The position numbers were made by a program, and so were the translations under genes. DNA of 64,000 nucleotides from an uncultured Candidatus Rokubacteria bacterium (GTDB lineage Bacteria > Methylomirabilota > Methylomirabilia > Rokubacteriales > CSP1-6), in the NCBI GenBank assembly GCA_963754315.1, contig CAVWFS010000019.1, forward strand, positions 608,001 through 672,000, read 5' to 3'. Under the pieces are notes generated by a model. The model did not search any database. It was not told where the DNA came from and saw nothing but the letters and a program-made list of their open reading frames with translations. This document shows positions 9,747 to 18,706 of the stretch, one piece after another (the first letter of the stretch is position 1; each line of letters begins with the position of its first letter).

Positions 9747-10301
9747 ATGGTGAGAATCCGTTCATTGAAGGTAGGGGTAATGGCGGCCGCCCTGGCCAGT
9801 CTCGTGCTGGTCAGCGTCGCCCCCGCCCTCGAGGTGGGCCAGAAGGCGCCCGACTTCACCCTGCCCGCCCCCGGTGGCAAGCAGGTGAAGCTGAGTGACT
9901 TGACCGCCAAGGGCCCGGTGGTGCTCTATACGTTCATCCAGGCCTTCACCAATACCTGAGCGGCGGAAATCCGCGACTTCGACGCGGCAGTGCCGCAGTT
10001 CGAAGCCGCGGGAGCCCAGGTCGTGGGCGTCAGCGCCGATCACGTCGCTACCCTGGATGCGTTCTCCAAGCAGAACAACGTCAAGCACCTCCTCCTCAGC
10101 GATTTCCGCCGCCAGATGCTCCCTAGCTACGATGCCCTGGAAATGAACGAGCAGAGCCCTATCTACCGTTACGCCAAGCGCGCCTACTTCGTTATCGACA
10201 AGAACGGCGTGGTGCGCTACGTGAAGGTTCAGACCAACCCCCTCGACCTTCTGAAGGCCGAGGAAGTCCTCAAGGCGCTCAAGGAGTCCGGCGCGTCATG
10301 A
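9747..10301 (+). CDS. Selenocysteine-containing peroxiredoxin-like protein (AhpC/TSA family), 184 aa, U71, with signal peptide
   Basis: ORFs 9747-9959 and 9990-10301 are in one frame; TGA 9957-9959 gives AFTNT-U-AAEIRDF at the peroxidatic Cys site; APDFTL, VVGVSAD, conserved Arg in KRAYFVID; GAGGAGG RBS; downstream hairpin. Confidence 0.85.
9971..10011 (+). promoter_or_regulatory. Candidate bacterial SECIS element 1
   Basis: Stem starts 11 nt after UGA: CCGCG/CGCGG, CUUCGA/UCGAAG, apical GCGGC-AGU-GCCGC. Confidence 0.65.
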
Positions 10302-10831
10302 TGACGAGGCTCGTGGCAGGCTTGGCGGCCGTGCTGTTCCTGGCGGGGCCGGCCGTGGGCGCGCCAGACTGGGCCGCCGTGAACATTCAATCGTACGCGC
10401 CCCCCAAGCCTGCCCCGGGCTTCTCGCTTCCTGATCTGGAAGGAAAGCCTCGCTCGCTGACGGACCTCTCCGGCAAGGTTGTGCTGGTCTTCTTCTGGAC
10501 AACGTGGTGACCCGACTGCCGGAGGGAGTTACCCTCCGTCAACCAGCTCTATCAGGAGTTTCGGAGCAAGGGCCTCGAGGTGCTGCTGATCAACTTCCGT
10601 GAGAGTCCGGCCCTCGTGAAGCGCACCGTGGGGGAGCGCGGGTACATCGCGCCCGTCCTCATCGACGAGAGCGGCGACGTCACCGGACGCGTCTATGGTG
10701 TATGGGGTCCGCCCACGGTCTACCTGATCGACCGCGGCGGCCGGCTCGTGGGACGGGCGGTGGGACCGCGCGCCTGGGACTCGCCGGCCGCCCGGAAGCT
10801 CATCGAGGCACTGCTGGCCGAGAAATCCTGA
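10298..10831 (+). CDS. Selenocysteine-containing TlpA/ResA-like thiol-disulfide oxidoreductase, 177 aa, UxxC, with signal peptide
   Basis: ORFs 10298-10510 and 10580-10831 are in frame; TGA 10508-10510 gives FWTTW-U-PDC-RRELP; later YGVWGPPTVYLID; ATGA overlap with the upstream gene. Confidence 0.9.
10520..10538 (+). promoter_or_regulatory. Candidate bacterial SECIS element 2
   Basis: Perfect 7-bp stem CGGAGGG/CCCUCCG with loop AGUUA; loop starts 16 nt after UGA. Confidence 0.7.
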
Positions 10832-11048
10832 GGCAGCTTATAGCGCCTACTTAGACTCCGAGCTTCCACGTGGACGAAGGTGATGCGACATCTTCATTGG
10901 GCCCATCATTCGTCGGTCGGTTACTGCCTTTGACGGCTGGCAACGACGGTCCGTCGCAGGTCCGGCATACATCGGACCCCCAATGATTCCGCCTCTCATC
11001 TTCAGTCGGCCGCCAGGGCGTCCAGACGAGTATCCACATCGCCGGACG

Positions 11049-11281
11049 ATCTTCGGCGCGATCGCCGAGGACGTCGCCGAGATTTACCCCGAACTGGTGG
11101 TGCGAGACGCGGACGGCCAGCCCGCTAGGTCCGATACCACGTGCTCCCGGCGATGCTCCTCAACGAACTGCAGCGACAGCAGCGGGAGATCATGGAACTG
11201 CGCGCCAAGCTGCAGGAGATCGACGAGCTGCGCGCGCTGGTGCGAGCGCTCGTTGGGGGGAAGGTGGCCACGGCCCCGTAG
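11049..11281 (+). pseudogene. Remnant of a Peptidase_S74 / intramolecular chaperone-type C-terminal domain with coiled-coil tail
   Basis: IFGAIAEDVAEIYPELVVRDADGQP, then in a shifted frame VRYHVLPAMLLNELQRQQREIMELRAKL; no N-terminal part. Confidence 0.6.
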
Positions 11282-11287
11282 GCGCCA

Positions 11288-13435
11288 TCAACGGTTGGCG
11301 CAGAAGCCGAACTGGGTCGAGGCCCCTTGTGTCAGCTCGCGGTTCCAGGTCACGCCGCCAAAGCGCACCGTCCCCCGGGGGGCACTGGCGGTGGCGTTCC
11401 AGAGCTGGGAGATCGTGCCTTGCACGGTGACGTCCGTGGCCCACACAATCCGGGCCGGCGTCTGGTTGGTCACGGTCACGTCGGCGCAGTACCCGGCGCC
11501 CCAGTCGCTCTGCACGCGGACCTGGGCAGGCAGCACCGTTCCCGAGGAGGACGCGGTAACGGTCAGGGTCGCTGCGCGTGTCGTCGTGCCTCCCGGGCCT
11601 GCGCAGGTCAGGGTGAAGGACAGGGTGCCGGGCGTGGTGGGCGTGACGCTCTGCGAGCCGGCCGTGGGCCGGTCGCCACTCCAGGCGCCGGTTGCCGTGC
11701 AGGCCGTTGCGTTCGTCGACGACCAGCTCACGGTGGCCGTCTGCCCGGTGGCAATGCTCACCGGACTGATCGTGATGGTCACCGTCGGCGGCTGGTTGCC
11801 GTCACCCATCGAGCGATTGGCGCAAAAGCCGAACTGCGTCGATGCGCCGGGCGCCAGCTCGCGGTTCCACGCCACGCCCACGAAGCGAACGGTCCCGCTG
11901 GTTGCGCTCCCGGTGGCGTTCCACTGCTCTCTGATCGTCCCCTGGACGGCGATGTCGGTGGCCCACACGACGGGCGCCGCCCCCGTGTTCGTCACCGTCA
12001 CGTTCGCGCAGTACCCCGCGCCCCAGTCGTTCGCGATCTGAAGAAGCCCGGGTAGCATCGTCTCCGACGCCGGCCCAATGACGGTCAGGGTCGCCGAGCG
12101 ACTGGTTGTACCGCCCGCACCGGTGCAGGCCAGAGAGTACGTCAAGGTCCCGGCGGAGGTCGGGACCACGCTCTGGCTGCCGTTCAGTGCGCGCTCGCCA
12201 GTCCAGGCGCCGCTCGCGGTGCAGGTGGTGGCGTTGGTCGAGGACCAACTAAGGGTCGCGGCCTGACCGACCGTGATGCTGGTCGGGTTCGCGCTCAGCG
12301 TGACGGTGGGCGCCGATGGCCCGGAGGTACCTCCCCACAGCCGCTTGAGCAAGGCCAGCTTATCGTTCCGGACGCTGATCCAATCATCATCCAGGATTCC
12401 GCCCGTATCGCCGCTATTCGGGTTCCATGACCAATAGAAGGCGCTGGTGGCCCCCTTGCCGATCAGGTAATCGACCAGCGCGTTGTGCCATCGCACGTCG
12501 CGAGGATCGCCCTCTCCGTACTTGCCTCCGAACTCCCCCAGAATCACGGCATAGCCGGCGCCGATGAACTGGCCGAAATGCCGGTCCCAGATGGAGGCCA
12601 TGTTGGCCGGGAAGGTCGGGTCATTGAAGTACGGCTGCCCGAATACGTCCGGGCCGTAGGTGTGCGGGGAAAGCACCAGGCGGTCGGCGGGGATGGCCAG
12701 CGGCGTGCAGGCAAGTGGCTCGAGATTTTCGCCCCAGAACGGATGATTGTTGGCCGAACACAAAGGATTGTTCTGGATCCCTTCCACGAAGATCAGCCAG
12801 TGGGGGGCGACACGCGCCACCGCGGCCGCCGCGCGCTCTACGGCCTTGTTCCAGTCGGTGGCAGAATTTCCGGTGCCCCAGGTGGCGGCCCCGTGGGGCT
12901 CGTTCTTGGGATCCACTCCGATCACGCCCGCGACGGAGCCGTAGCGCTGGGCGAGAAACGTCAGGTCGGCGAGCCACTGTTGCTCCGAGTACTGCGCGGT
13001 GTACCACAGTTCCGAGATGGATTGACAGTCCGGTCGGTGATGGTCGAGAAGGATGTAGAAGCCCTGCGCGTCGAGGTATTGCACGACGGCGTCGAGGAGC
13101 CCCAGCGAGTCCAGACCCCGGAGATCCGGATTCAGATCGTAGTTGATGGTGCTGGGCGCGGATCCGCGCAAGGTGCCAGGACACACGGGCAGCCGCACAG
13201 CATTGAAGCCGAGATCGCGCATCTGATTGATCATGCTTTTCCAGTTGCGAGCCCAGAGGCCATGCGCGGCGTGATCGCTCGTCTCGAATCCAAACCAGTT
13301 GACACCGCGCAGCTGCACGGGCTGGCCTTGCGCGTCGACGATGCGTCCACTCGCTACCGAGTAGGCCGATGCTGAGGAGGGGCCGACCAGCAACGCAAGC
13401 AACAGCGCCAGGGTTGACCAACGAAGGATGGTCAT
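11288..13435 (-). CDS. Secreted GH5 endoglucanase with two tandem (Ig-like + CBM2) modules
   Basis: Signal peptide; GVNWFGFET, KNEPH acid/base, ILGEFGG nucleophile, WSWNPNSGDTGG; two DWGAGYCA...QFGFCA CBM2 repeats; AGGAG RBS before ATG at 13435. Confidence 0.92.
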   Translation of the reverse strand: MTILRWSTLALLLALLVGPSSASAYSVASGRIVDAQGQPVQLRGVNWFGFETSDHAAHGLWARNWKSMINQMRDLGFNAVRLPVCPGTLRGSAPSTINYDLNPDLRGLDSLGLLDAVVQYLDAQGFYILLDHHRPDCQSISELWYTAQYSEQQWLADLTFLAQRYGSVAGVIGVDPKNEPHGAATWGTGNSATDWNKAVERAAAAVARVAPHWLIFVEGIQNNPLCSANNHPFWGENLEPLACTPLAIPADRLVLSPHTYGPDVFGQPYFNDPTFPANMASIWDRHFGQFIGAGYAVILGEFGGKYGEGDPRDVRWHNALVDYLIGKGATSAFYWSWNPNSGDTGGILDDDWISVRNDKLALLKRLWGGTSGPSAPTVTLSANPTSITVGQAATLSWSSTNATTCTASGAWTGERALNGSQSVVPTSAGTLTYSLACTGAGGTTSRSATLTVIGPASETMLPGLLQIANDWGAGYCANVTVTNTGAAPVVWATDIAVQGTIREQWNATGSATSGTVRFVGVAWNRELAPGASTQFGFCANRSMGDGNQPPTVTITISPVSIATGQTATVSWSSTNATACTATGAWSGDRPTAGSQSVTPTTPGTLSFTLTCAGPGGTTTRAATLTVTASSSGTVLPAQVRVQSDWGAGYCADVTVTNQTPARIVWATDVTVQGTISQLWNATASAPRGTVRFGGVTWNRELTQGASTQFGFCANR

Positions 13436-13629
13436 ATGTCTCCTAACGACGGCGTGGTGTCGATGATTGGTGAGGAATGGGACGCCGCTCGAGTGTTCTC
13501 TATTCGGTGTGTCCTCCACTCAGAGGTGGAAACCCGTCGGTGCAGCTCTGGACATACGTCGACAAGGGACGCGCACCGCTCATTCTCACTGGATGAGTCA
13601 AGCGGACAGACCTGCACCCAAAAGTGTTG

Positions 13630-13645
13630 TGCAGATAGCTTGCCA
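13630..13645 (-). promoter_or_regulatory. Candidate sigma54 (-24/-12) promoter of the GH5 gene
   Basis: Minus strand TGGCAAGCTATCTGCA (GG-N10-GC), intergenic, about 195 nt upstream of the start. Confidence 0.4.
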
Positions 13646-13864
13646 AAGGACCGGGCGACGTGTGATCAGCTACATCGGGCGAAGGACGGGGCGCGCAGCG
13701 TCGCGCGCCCGTCACCATACGACCAGTCAGTTACCTGAAGTGTGACACTTGGTTCCCGTCGAACGACATTAGACGCGCGAGGTCTCGGCAACCTCGATCC
13801 GGCGCGTGACGATCTCCTGCGACGAGTGGACGGAGGGCGACAGAAGCAAGAGGGTGCCGAAGCC

Positions 13865-15409
13865 TCACTGCTTCTTGAGACGGACCTCTTCCAGAGGCGC
13901 GGACCACGGATAGGGGTTGATCAGCATCAGCGCCGGCTCCTCGACGCGTGGCCCGACGCCGCTGGGCCAGATGTACTGGTAGATCGGGCCGTAGCGCACG
14001 CGCTCGTGGACCAGGCGCTGGATCTGGTGGAGCAGCACCTCGCGCTTCTTGCGGTCGGTCTCGACACCCTGCCGCTTGAAGAGCTCGTCGATGTCGGGAT
14101 AGCCACCGTAGGCCCAGCCGCCAGTGCTCGGAATGATCTCGGACAGACGCGAGGCAGCGTTGCCATAGAGCGCGGTGCTGCAAACGCAGATGCCCTTGGC
14201 CTTCTTGGAGAGGATGAGCGAGAAGTAGGCCGCCCGCTCCATCGGCCGCATCCGGGTCCGGATGCCGACCGTCTGGAAGTAGTTGACGATCGACTCGCCG
14301 AGCGAGAAATACGGCGGGAGTTGGTGGAAGTCGCCACCTTCGAAGCCGTTTGGGTAGCCCGCCTCGGCGAGGAGCTGTTTGGCCTTGACGGGATCGTACG
14401 GGTAAGGCTCGAGCGGCAGCGCGAAGTCGAAGGACGGCGGGACGTGATTGCCGGCCGGCTTGGAGGCGCCGAGCGTCTCGGCCTCGCTCAGTGCCTGGCG
14501 GTCGATGGCGTAGTTGGCGGCCAGCCGCACCCGACGGTCAGCCCAGGGCGACTTGGGGTCCCACTGGTCGAGGAAGTCGAGGTAGAAAACCGCGATGCCA
14601 CCCGAGAACGCCAGCTTCAGATTCGGATCGCGCTTGACCTCCTGCGCCTGGGGGACGTCGAGCAGGTACGCGACGTCCACCTCGCCGCGCTTGAGCATGG
14701 CCAGCCGCGTCGTGCTCTCGGGCACGCTCTTGTAGATCAGCCGCTTCACCGACGGCATCTTGCGCCAGTAGCTCTCGTTGGCCTCCATCACCAGGTCGAC
14801 GCCCGGCATGTGGCTCACAAACTTGTAGGGACCGAGCCCGACTGGCGCCTTCTTGAAGGCGTCGTTGCCCACCTGCTCGACGTACTTCTTGGGCACGACC
14901 CAGCCGGCGCCGGAGACGAGGCTGCCATAGAAGGTGATGAAGTCAGGCCACGCCTCGTGCAAGGTGAAGCGCACGCGCGCGGGCCCCACCACCGTGACCT
15001 CCCGGACCTTCTCGTGCAGGATCTTGGAACCCTTGGCCCGATGGAAGCTGAACTTGACGTCCTCGGCTGTGAATGGGTCGCCGTTGTGGAACTTGAGCCC
15101 CTCGCGCAGCTTGAACTCGTAGACCCGTCCGTCTGGGCTCACCGTCCAAGACTCGGCCAGGCTGGGGCTCAGCAAGTTGCCGGGCATCGGCTTGATGAGC
15201 GCGTCGTGCAGGGCATACGAAACCCAGAACGGCGTGAGCTGCCCGCTAATCTCCCCCGGGTCGAACCAGACCGGCGACAGCGTGACGTAGAGGGCCCACC
15301 GGAATTCGCCTTCCGGCTTGGCCTGGGCCGCCCCCCGGCCGGGCAGCCCGGCGGCGAGCACTACGCCCACGAGGACCACTGCCAGCACGAGACTGAAGCG
15401 ACGGCTCAT
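13865..15409 (-). CDS. Orphan peptide/nickel ABC substrate-binding protein (family 5)
   Basis: LAESWTVSPDG, LREGLKFHNGDPFTAEDVKFS, GLGPYKF; GGAGGG RBS. Confidence 0.92.
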   Translation of the reverse strand: MSRRFSLVLAVVLVGVVLAAGLPGRGAAQAKPEGEFRWALYVTLSPVWFDPGEISGQLTPFWVSYALHDALIKPMPGNLLSPSLAESWTVSPDGRVYEFKLREGLKFHNGDPFTAEDVKFSFHRAKGSKILHEKVREVTVVGPARVRFTLHEAWPDFITFYGSLVSGAGWVVPKKYVEQVGNDAFKKAPVGLGPYKFVSHMPGVDLVMEANESYWRKMPSVKRLIYKSVPESTTRLAMLKRGEVDVAYLLDVPQAQEVKRDPNLKLAFSGGIAVFYLDFLDQWDPKSPWADRRVRLAANYAIDRQALSEAETLGASKPAGNHVPPSFDFALPLEPYPYDPVKAKQLLAEAGYPNGFEGGDFHQLPPYFSLGESIVNYFQTVGIRTRMRPMERAAYFSLILSKKAKGICVCSTALYGNAASRLSEIIPSTGGWAYGGYPDIDELFKRQGVETDRKKREVLLHQIQRLVHERVRYGPIYQYIWPSGVGPRVEEPALMLINPYPWSAPLEEVRLKKQ

Positions 15410-15559
15410 CGGGGTCCCTCCCATTCAGGAAGTCCGGCGAGGACTTACTACCCGCTCTCTCGTGAAATGGCAAGGACTGACCTTCAACCCGTAGCGCCCG
15501 CTGTCAGGCGTGACCGACCCTCGCACCTGTGACAGGGTATGCGCAGCGGGCGAGGGACC

Positions 15560-16547
15560 TTAGGGCTTGTTGTGGGGCACGCTCACCGTTGCCTGCTTTG
15601 TCGTGGTGTTGCCGCTCGCGTCCGCGGCTTCATACGTGACCGTGTAAACACGCCCCGCTCCCTTTCCTGACCGTTCGGCGCGCAGCTGAAAAGTCCGATC
15701 GTCAGTCCCTAACACGGCGCTCCGGATGTCATTCGTGGTGTCGCCATCTCCGAGACCATTGTCGGCCTCGTTGCTGGTGATGGCGAGCAGGCGCACCCTC
15801 GCATTCGGATCGCAGTTGTCGCTGACGCTAATGGAGGCATTGATGGTGGCCAGCTTGTGATTCGGGGGCCACAGGCTGCTCGGCGACACGGCCATGATGA
15901 GGGTGGGGGGGGACGATGTCGAGGACCCTGGTCACCACCTGTGCGCCCTTGGCGAACTCTTCCGCTCCGAGATCCTGATAGGCGACCCGGGCCACGCCCA
16001 CCAGATCCATGGGGCAGGTATTGGCGGGCACGCTGTACTGCGTCGTCCGAGTCACGATGCTACCAACCACCTGGATACCAAGATCTACAACGAGAACCGA
16101 TGGCCCGGGTGCCGTGTCGGTCAGGACGACGTCGAGGGCGGGTCCATTACCGACGTTGCGGAGATCGGTCGTCCAGGTGACCGTCTGCCCAGGCAGGATC
16201 GTGGCCGGCCCCGATTTGGTGAGCTTTATATCCGGACCGGCCACCTGGGAGAGATCATCACACGCTCCGTGGAGAAGCGAGCGGGGCGCAGCGTGCCCGC
16301 CTTGTCGGGGAAATCATGCCGGATGAAATCGTTGCCAGGGATGTTGCTGCCGATGTTGACGCGTAGGTATAAGTCATTCGGACACACTTCGCCGAAATCC
16401 TCAGCGCAGACGTTCTCGAAGATCTCGATCACCGAGAACTTCACAGTCACCGGGACGGGTGGCTGGGCCCACACGGGCGCGGAGAGACACGGTAGGGCGA
16501 TTAGGAGCATCGCCAGAATGACGACAGATTGGCCTGACCGGCGTCAT
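15560..16547 (-). pseudogene. Frameshifted secreted protein: signal peptide, DUF11-like domain, C-terminal LWPPNHK-type domain
   Basis: AAGGAGG RBS with ATG at 16547; segments 16226-16510, 15828-16244 (IKLTKSGPATILPGQTVTWT..NVG) and 15560-15895 (SLWPPNHKL, QLRAERSGKGAGRVYTVTY) lie in different frames. Confidence 0.7.
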
Positions 16548-16634
16548 GCTCAGCCTCCTTGTGTAACGCTGATCTTCTTCGTGGTCACCGGCCGATGGCC
16601 GTGGTCACCGGATTCGCTCGTCCTCCGGAACGTC

Positions 16635-16672
16635 ACATACGTGCGGCGTCTTTACATACGTGCGGCGTCTTT
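16635..16672. repeat. Perfect 19-bp tandem duplication
   Basis: ACATACGTGCGGCGTCTTT at 16635-16653 and 16654-16672. Confidence 0.95.
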
Positions 16673-16732
16673 TGCGGCCTCCGTGCGAGCAGGACGAAAG
16701 TAGAGGCACCATATCACCGCCGCCGAAGCGCC

Positions 16733-16748
16733 AGCAAGGGAAACGCCA
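16733..16748 (-). promoter_or_regulatory. Candidate sigma54 promoter of the secreted-protein gene
   Basis: Minus strand TGGCGTTTCCCTTGCT (GG-N10-GC with TTGC), about 185 nt upstream of ATG 16547. Confidence 0.5.
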
Positions 16749-16860
16749 GGAAACCATCGCACCCAGGCCACTCGATTATGATGAGGGTTGGACCGACCGT
16801 CAACCCAGGGCGTTGCCTGGAATCGACTCGGTGTGCTCCACGGCGATTCCGAGCGGCTCC

Positions 16861-17679
16861 GTGACAAGTCGATCTGGGAGGATACCCGTTAACGCTGAAC
16901 GTCCGCGAAGGAAATCTCGGCGGGGGCCGATCTGCGGTGTGGCGCTGCTCGCACTCGTGACCGGAGTGTGGTCGGTCGAGCCCCAGACACGCCAGTCCCC
17001 GAAGTTACCTGGCCCCGGGCGGGCGGGCGATGCCTCCCGACTCTCTGATTTGGCGCGGGCCGTGGTGCAGTCGATGAAGGACTATCGGGCCGCCCTCCTG
17101 CGTGCGCGCACGACGTACGAGGAGAGTCTGGAAATGGCGAAGCAGACCGTCCACGAGCGCCGCAGCCTCCATCGAGCCGGGGCCCTGTCCCTCGAGTACT
17201 TGGATGCGAGTGAGCGTGAACAGCGTGAGCTGGAGCGCAGTATCAACGAGCTCACGGAGCAGATCGACGAGGCCGATCGCATCATCGTGGAAGCGTCCAT
17301 CCATGAGCAACTGGCGCGGCTATTGCCCCTGCCCGTAGGTGGTTTCGAAGACACGGGCACGTTGGTGCGCTACCAAGGCTCGGCACGGTGGTCGCTGGGC
17401 GACGTGCCGAAGCTCGAGCGCCTGTTTACTACGACCTTCGGGCGCAGCCTACCCATCAGCTCGCGCGGCCAAACCCGCGTGCACGACAAGTTGAGTCTCG
17501 ATCATCGCAATGCGATCGACGTCGCCGTGCATCCGGACAGCCCGGAGGGGCGGTGGCTCATGGATCATCTCCGCCAGGTCGGCATTCCGTTCATCGGCAT
17601 TCGTTCCGCCATTCCTGGATCGGCGACCGGAGCCCACGTCCATGTAGGGCCCGCCTCGCCACGAATGCTGGCCCGCTAG
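16861..17679 (+). CDS. Hypothetical exported protein: N-terminal hydrophobic segment, coiled coil, candidate LAS/M23-like Zn-peptidase C-terminus; start uncertain
   Basis: GVALLALVTGVW hydrophobic stretch; heptad-rich middle; DHRNAIDV and ATGAHVHVG motifs. Confidence 0.7.
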   Translation: MTSRSGRIPVNAERPRRKSRRGPICGVALLALVTGVWSVEPQTRQSPKLPGPGRAGDASRLSDLARAVVQSMKDYRAALLRARTTYEESLEMAKQTVHERRSLHRAGALSLEYLDASEREQRELERSINELTEQIDEADRIIVEASIHEQLARLLPLPVGGFEDTGTLVRYQGSARWSLGDVPKLERLFTTTFGRSLPISSRGQTRVHDKLSLDHRNAIDVAVHPDSPEGRWLMDHLRQVGIPFIGIRSAIPGSATGAHVHVGPASPRMLAR

Positions 17680-17800
17680 GGCTCTCGATCTTTGACGCGG
17701 CGGCGCGGTGGACCCAAGATGTGCCCGCGTGTAGTGACGCGACGCCGAGCGCGAGCTTCGCTCGCCATCAGGGGAGCGGCCTGAGCCCCATGATGGTGCC

Positions 17801-17953
17801 TCAGTCGCCGACACCCTTCACGGTGACTGGGACCACGATGCTCCCATCAAAGCCTCGGACGGTGACCTCGATGGTGGCCGTCCCGACGCCGGTCGCCACA
17901 ACGGTCTGCGCTCCGGTGACGGTGTTGGCCAGGAAGGTCACGATGGGGTCTTC
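17801..17953 (-). pseudogene. Beta-rich Ig-like C-terminal fragment
   Basis: DPIVTFLANTVTGAQTVVATGVGTATIEVTVRGFDGSIVVPVTVKG*; upstream sequence does not look coding. Confidence 0.4.
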
Positions 17954-18439
17954 TTTGTGACAAGGAGGTTTCAAAGTGAGCCGCGCGCGAACCGCGGCCT
18001 TTTGCTGTACTATCGAGCTATGAAAATAACCGATCCAGGGGAACAACCGCAACATCGTCGCCACTTCCCGTGGTGTCAAGCGACGAGCGGATCCGTCTTA
18101 CAGCCGCGTATAAATCGGGCCTCATTTCGGGCTGGGCGATCGATCAGGAGCACGGTTATCGACTCACGCTTGCGGACCACCGGGACGAGTACGTGGAGGT
18201 AGCAAAGCTGACCGCGTATTTGGATGGCCTGCGGAAGAAGCTGCTCTGAATCGTGACCTTCGTGTGGTGCAGGTACGCTTGCTGATGCCGCGCTGACGCG
18301 TGGTAGGGGCGGTCGCCGGCGTCAGCGACGTGACGTCCGCGACGACCGCTGTCAGTCGATTCATCCAACGTCAACAAATTGTGCTTCTTCGAGAGCCTCG
18401 GGGAGCTTGATCGAGACTGCCCGGGCGAGGCGACACCCG

Positions 18440-18575
18440 GCGAGCGACCGTCTTGCTTTGCACGCGCGGCTTCTGGGCGATAGGCGCTGCCGATCCGCCA
18501 ATACTGCACCAGCAGCCGTTGCGGACACCGGTCTTGCTGAACAGGTCCTCGAGCGCCGTCCACAGAGCGGGCGGA
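18440..18575 (-). pseudogene. Remnant of a GNAT-family acetyltransferase N-terminus
   Basis: LWTALEDLFSKTGVRNGCWC, then a frameshift to YWRIGSAYR; matches from memory the CWCxYWR start of a widespread GNAT family. Confidence 0.5.
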
Positions 18576-18706
18576 TCGCGAGCTTCATGCATAGAGACTG
18601 CATTTGAGGCGTGAAGCAAATGACGAGGCGATTGGAAGGCGCTCAAGATCGAGCCCATCAGACAGCAATCGTTTTTCGCGACGCGAACCAGACTCGGGGC
18701 CCGTCG

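Noticed and set aside
9957..10510. Global UGA reassignment (code 4 or 25) as the cause of the in-frame TGAs
   Set aside because: Many genes in the window end in TGA at the expected C-terminus, and these two TGAs align with Cys, not Trp or Gly
9747..10510. Sec falls at codon 71 in both proteins, suggesting recent duplication
   Set aside because: The sequences belong to different subfamilies; similar signal plus fold lengths explain the match
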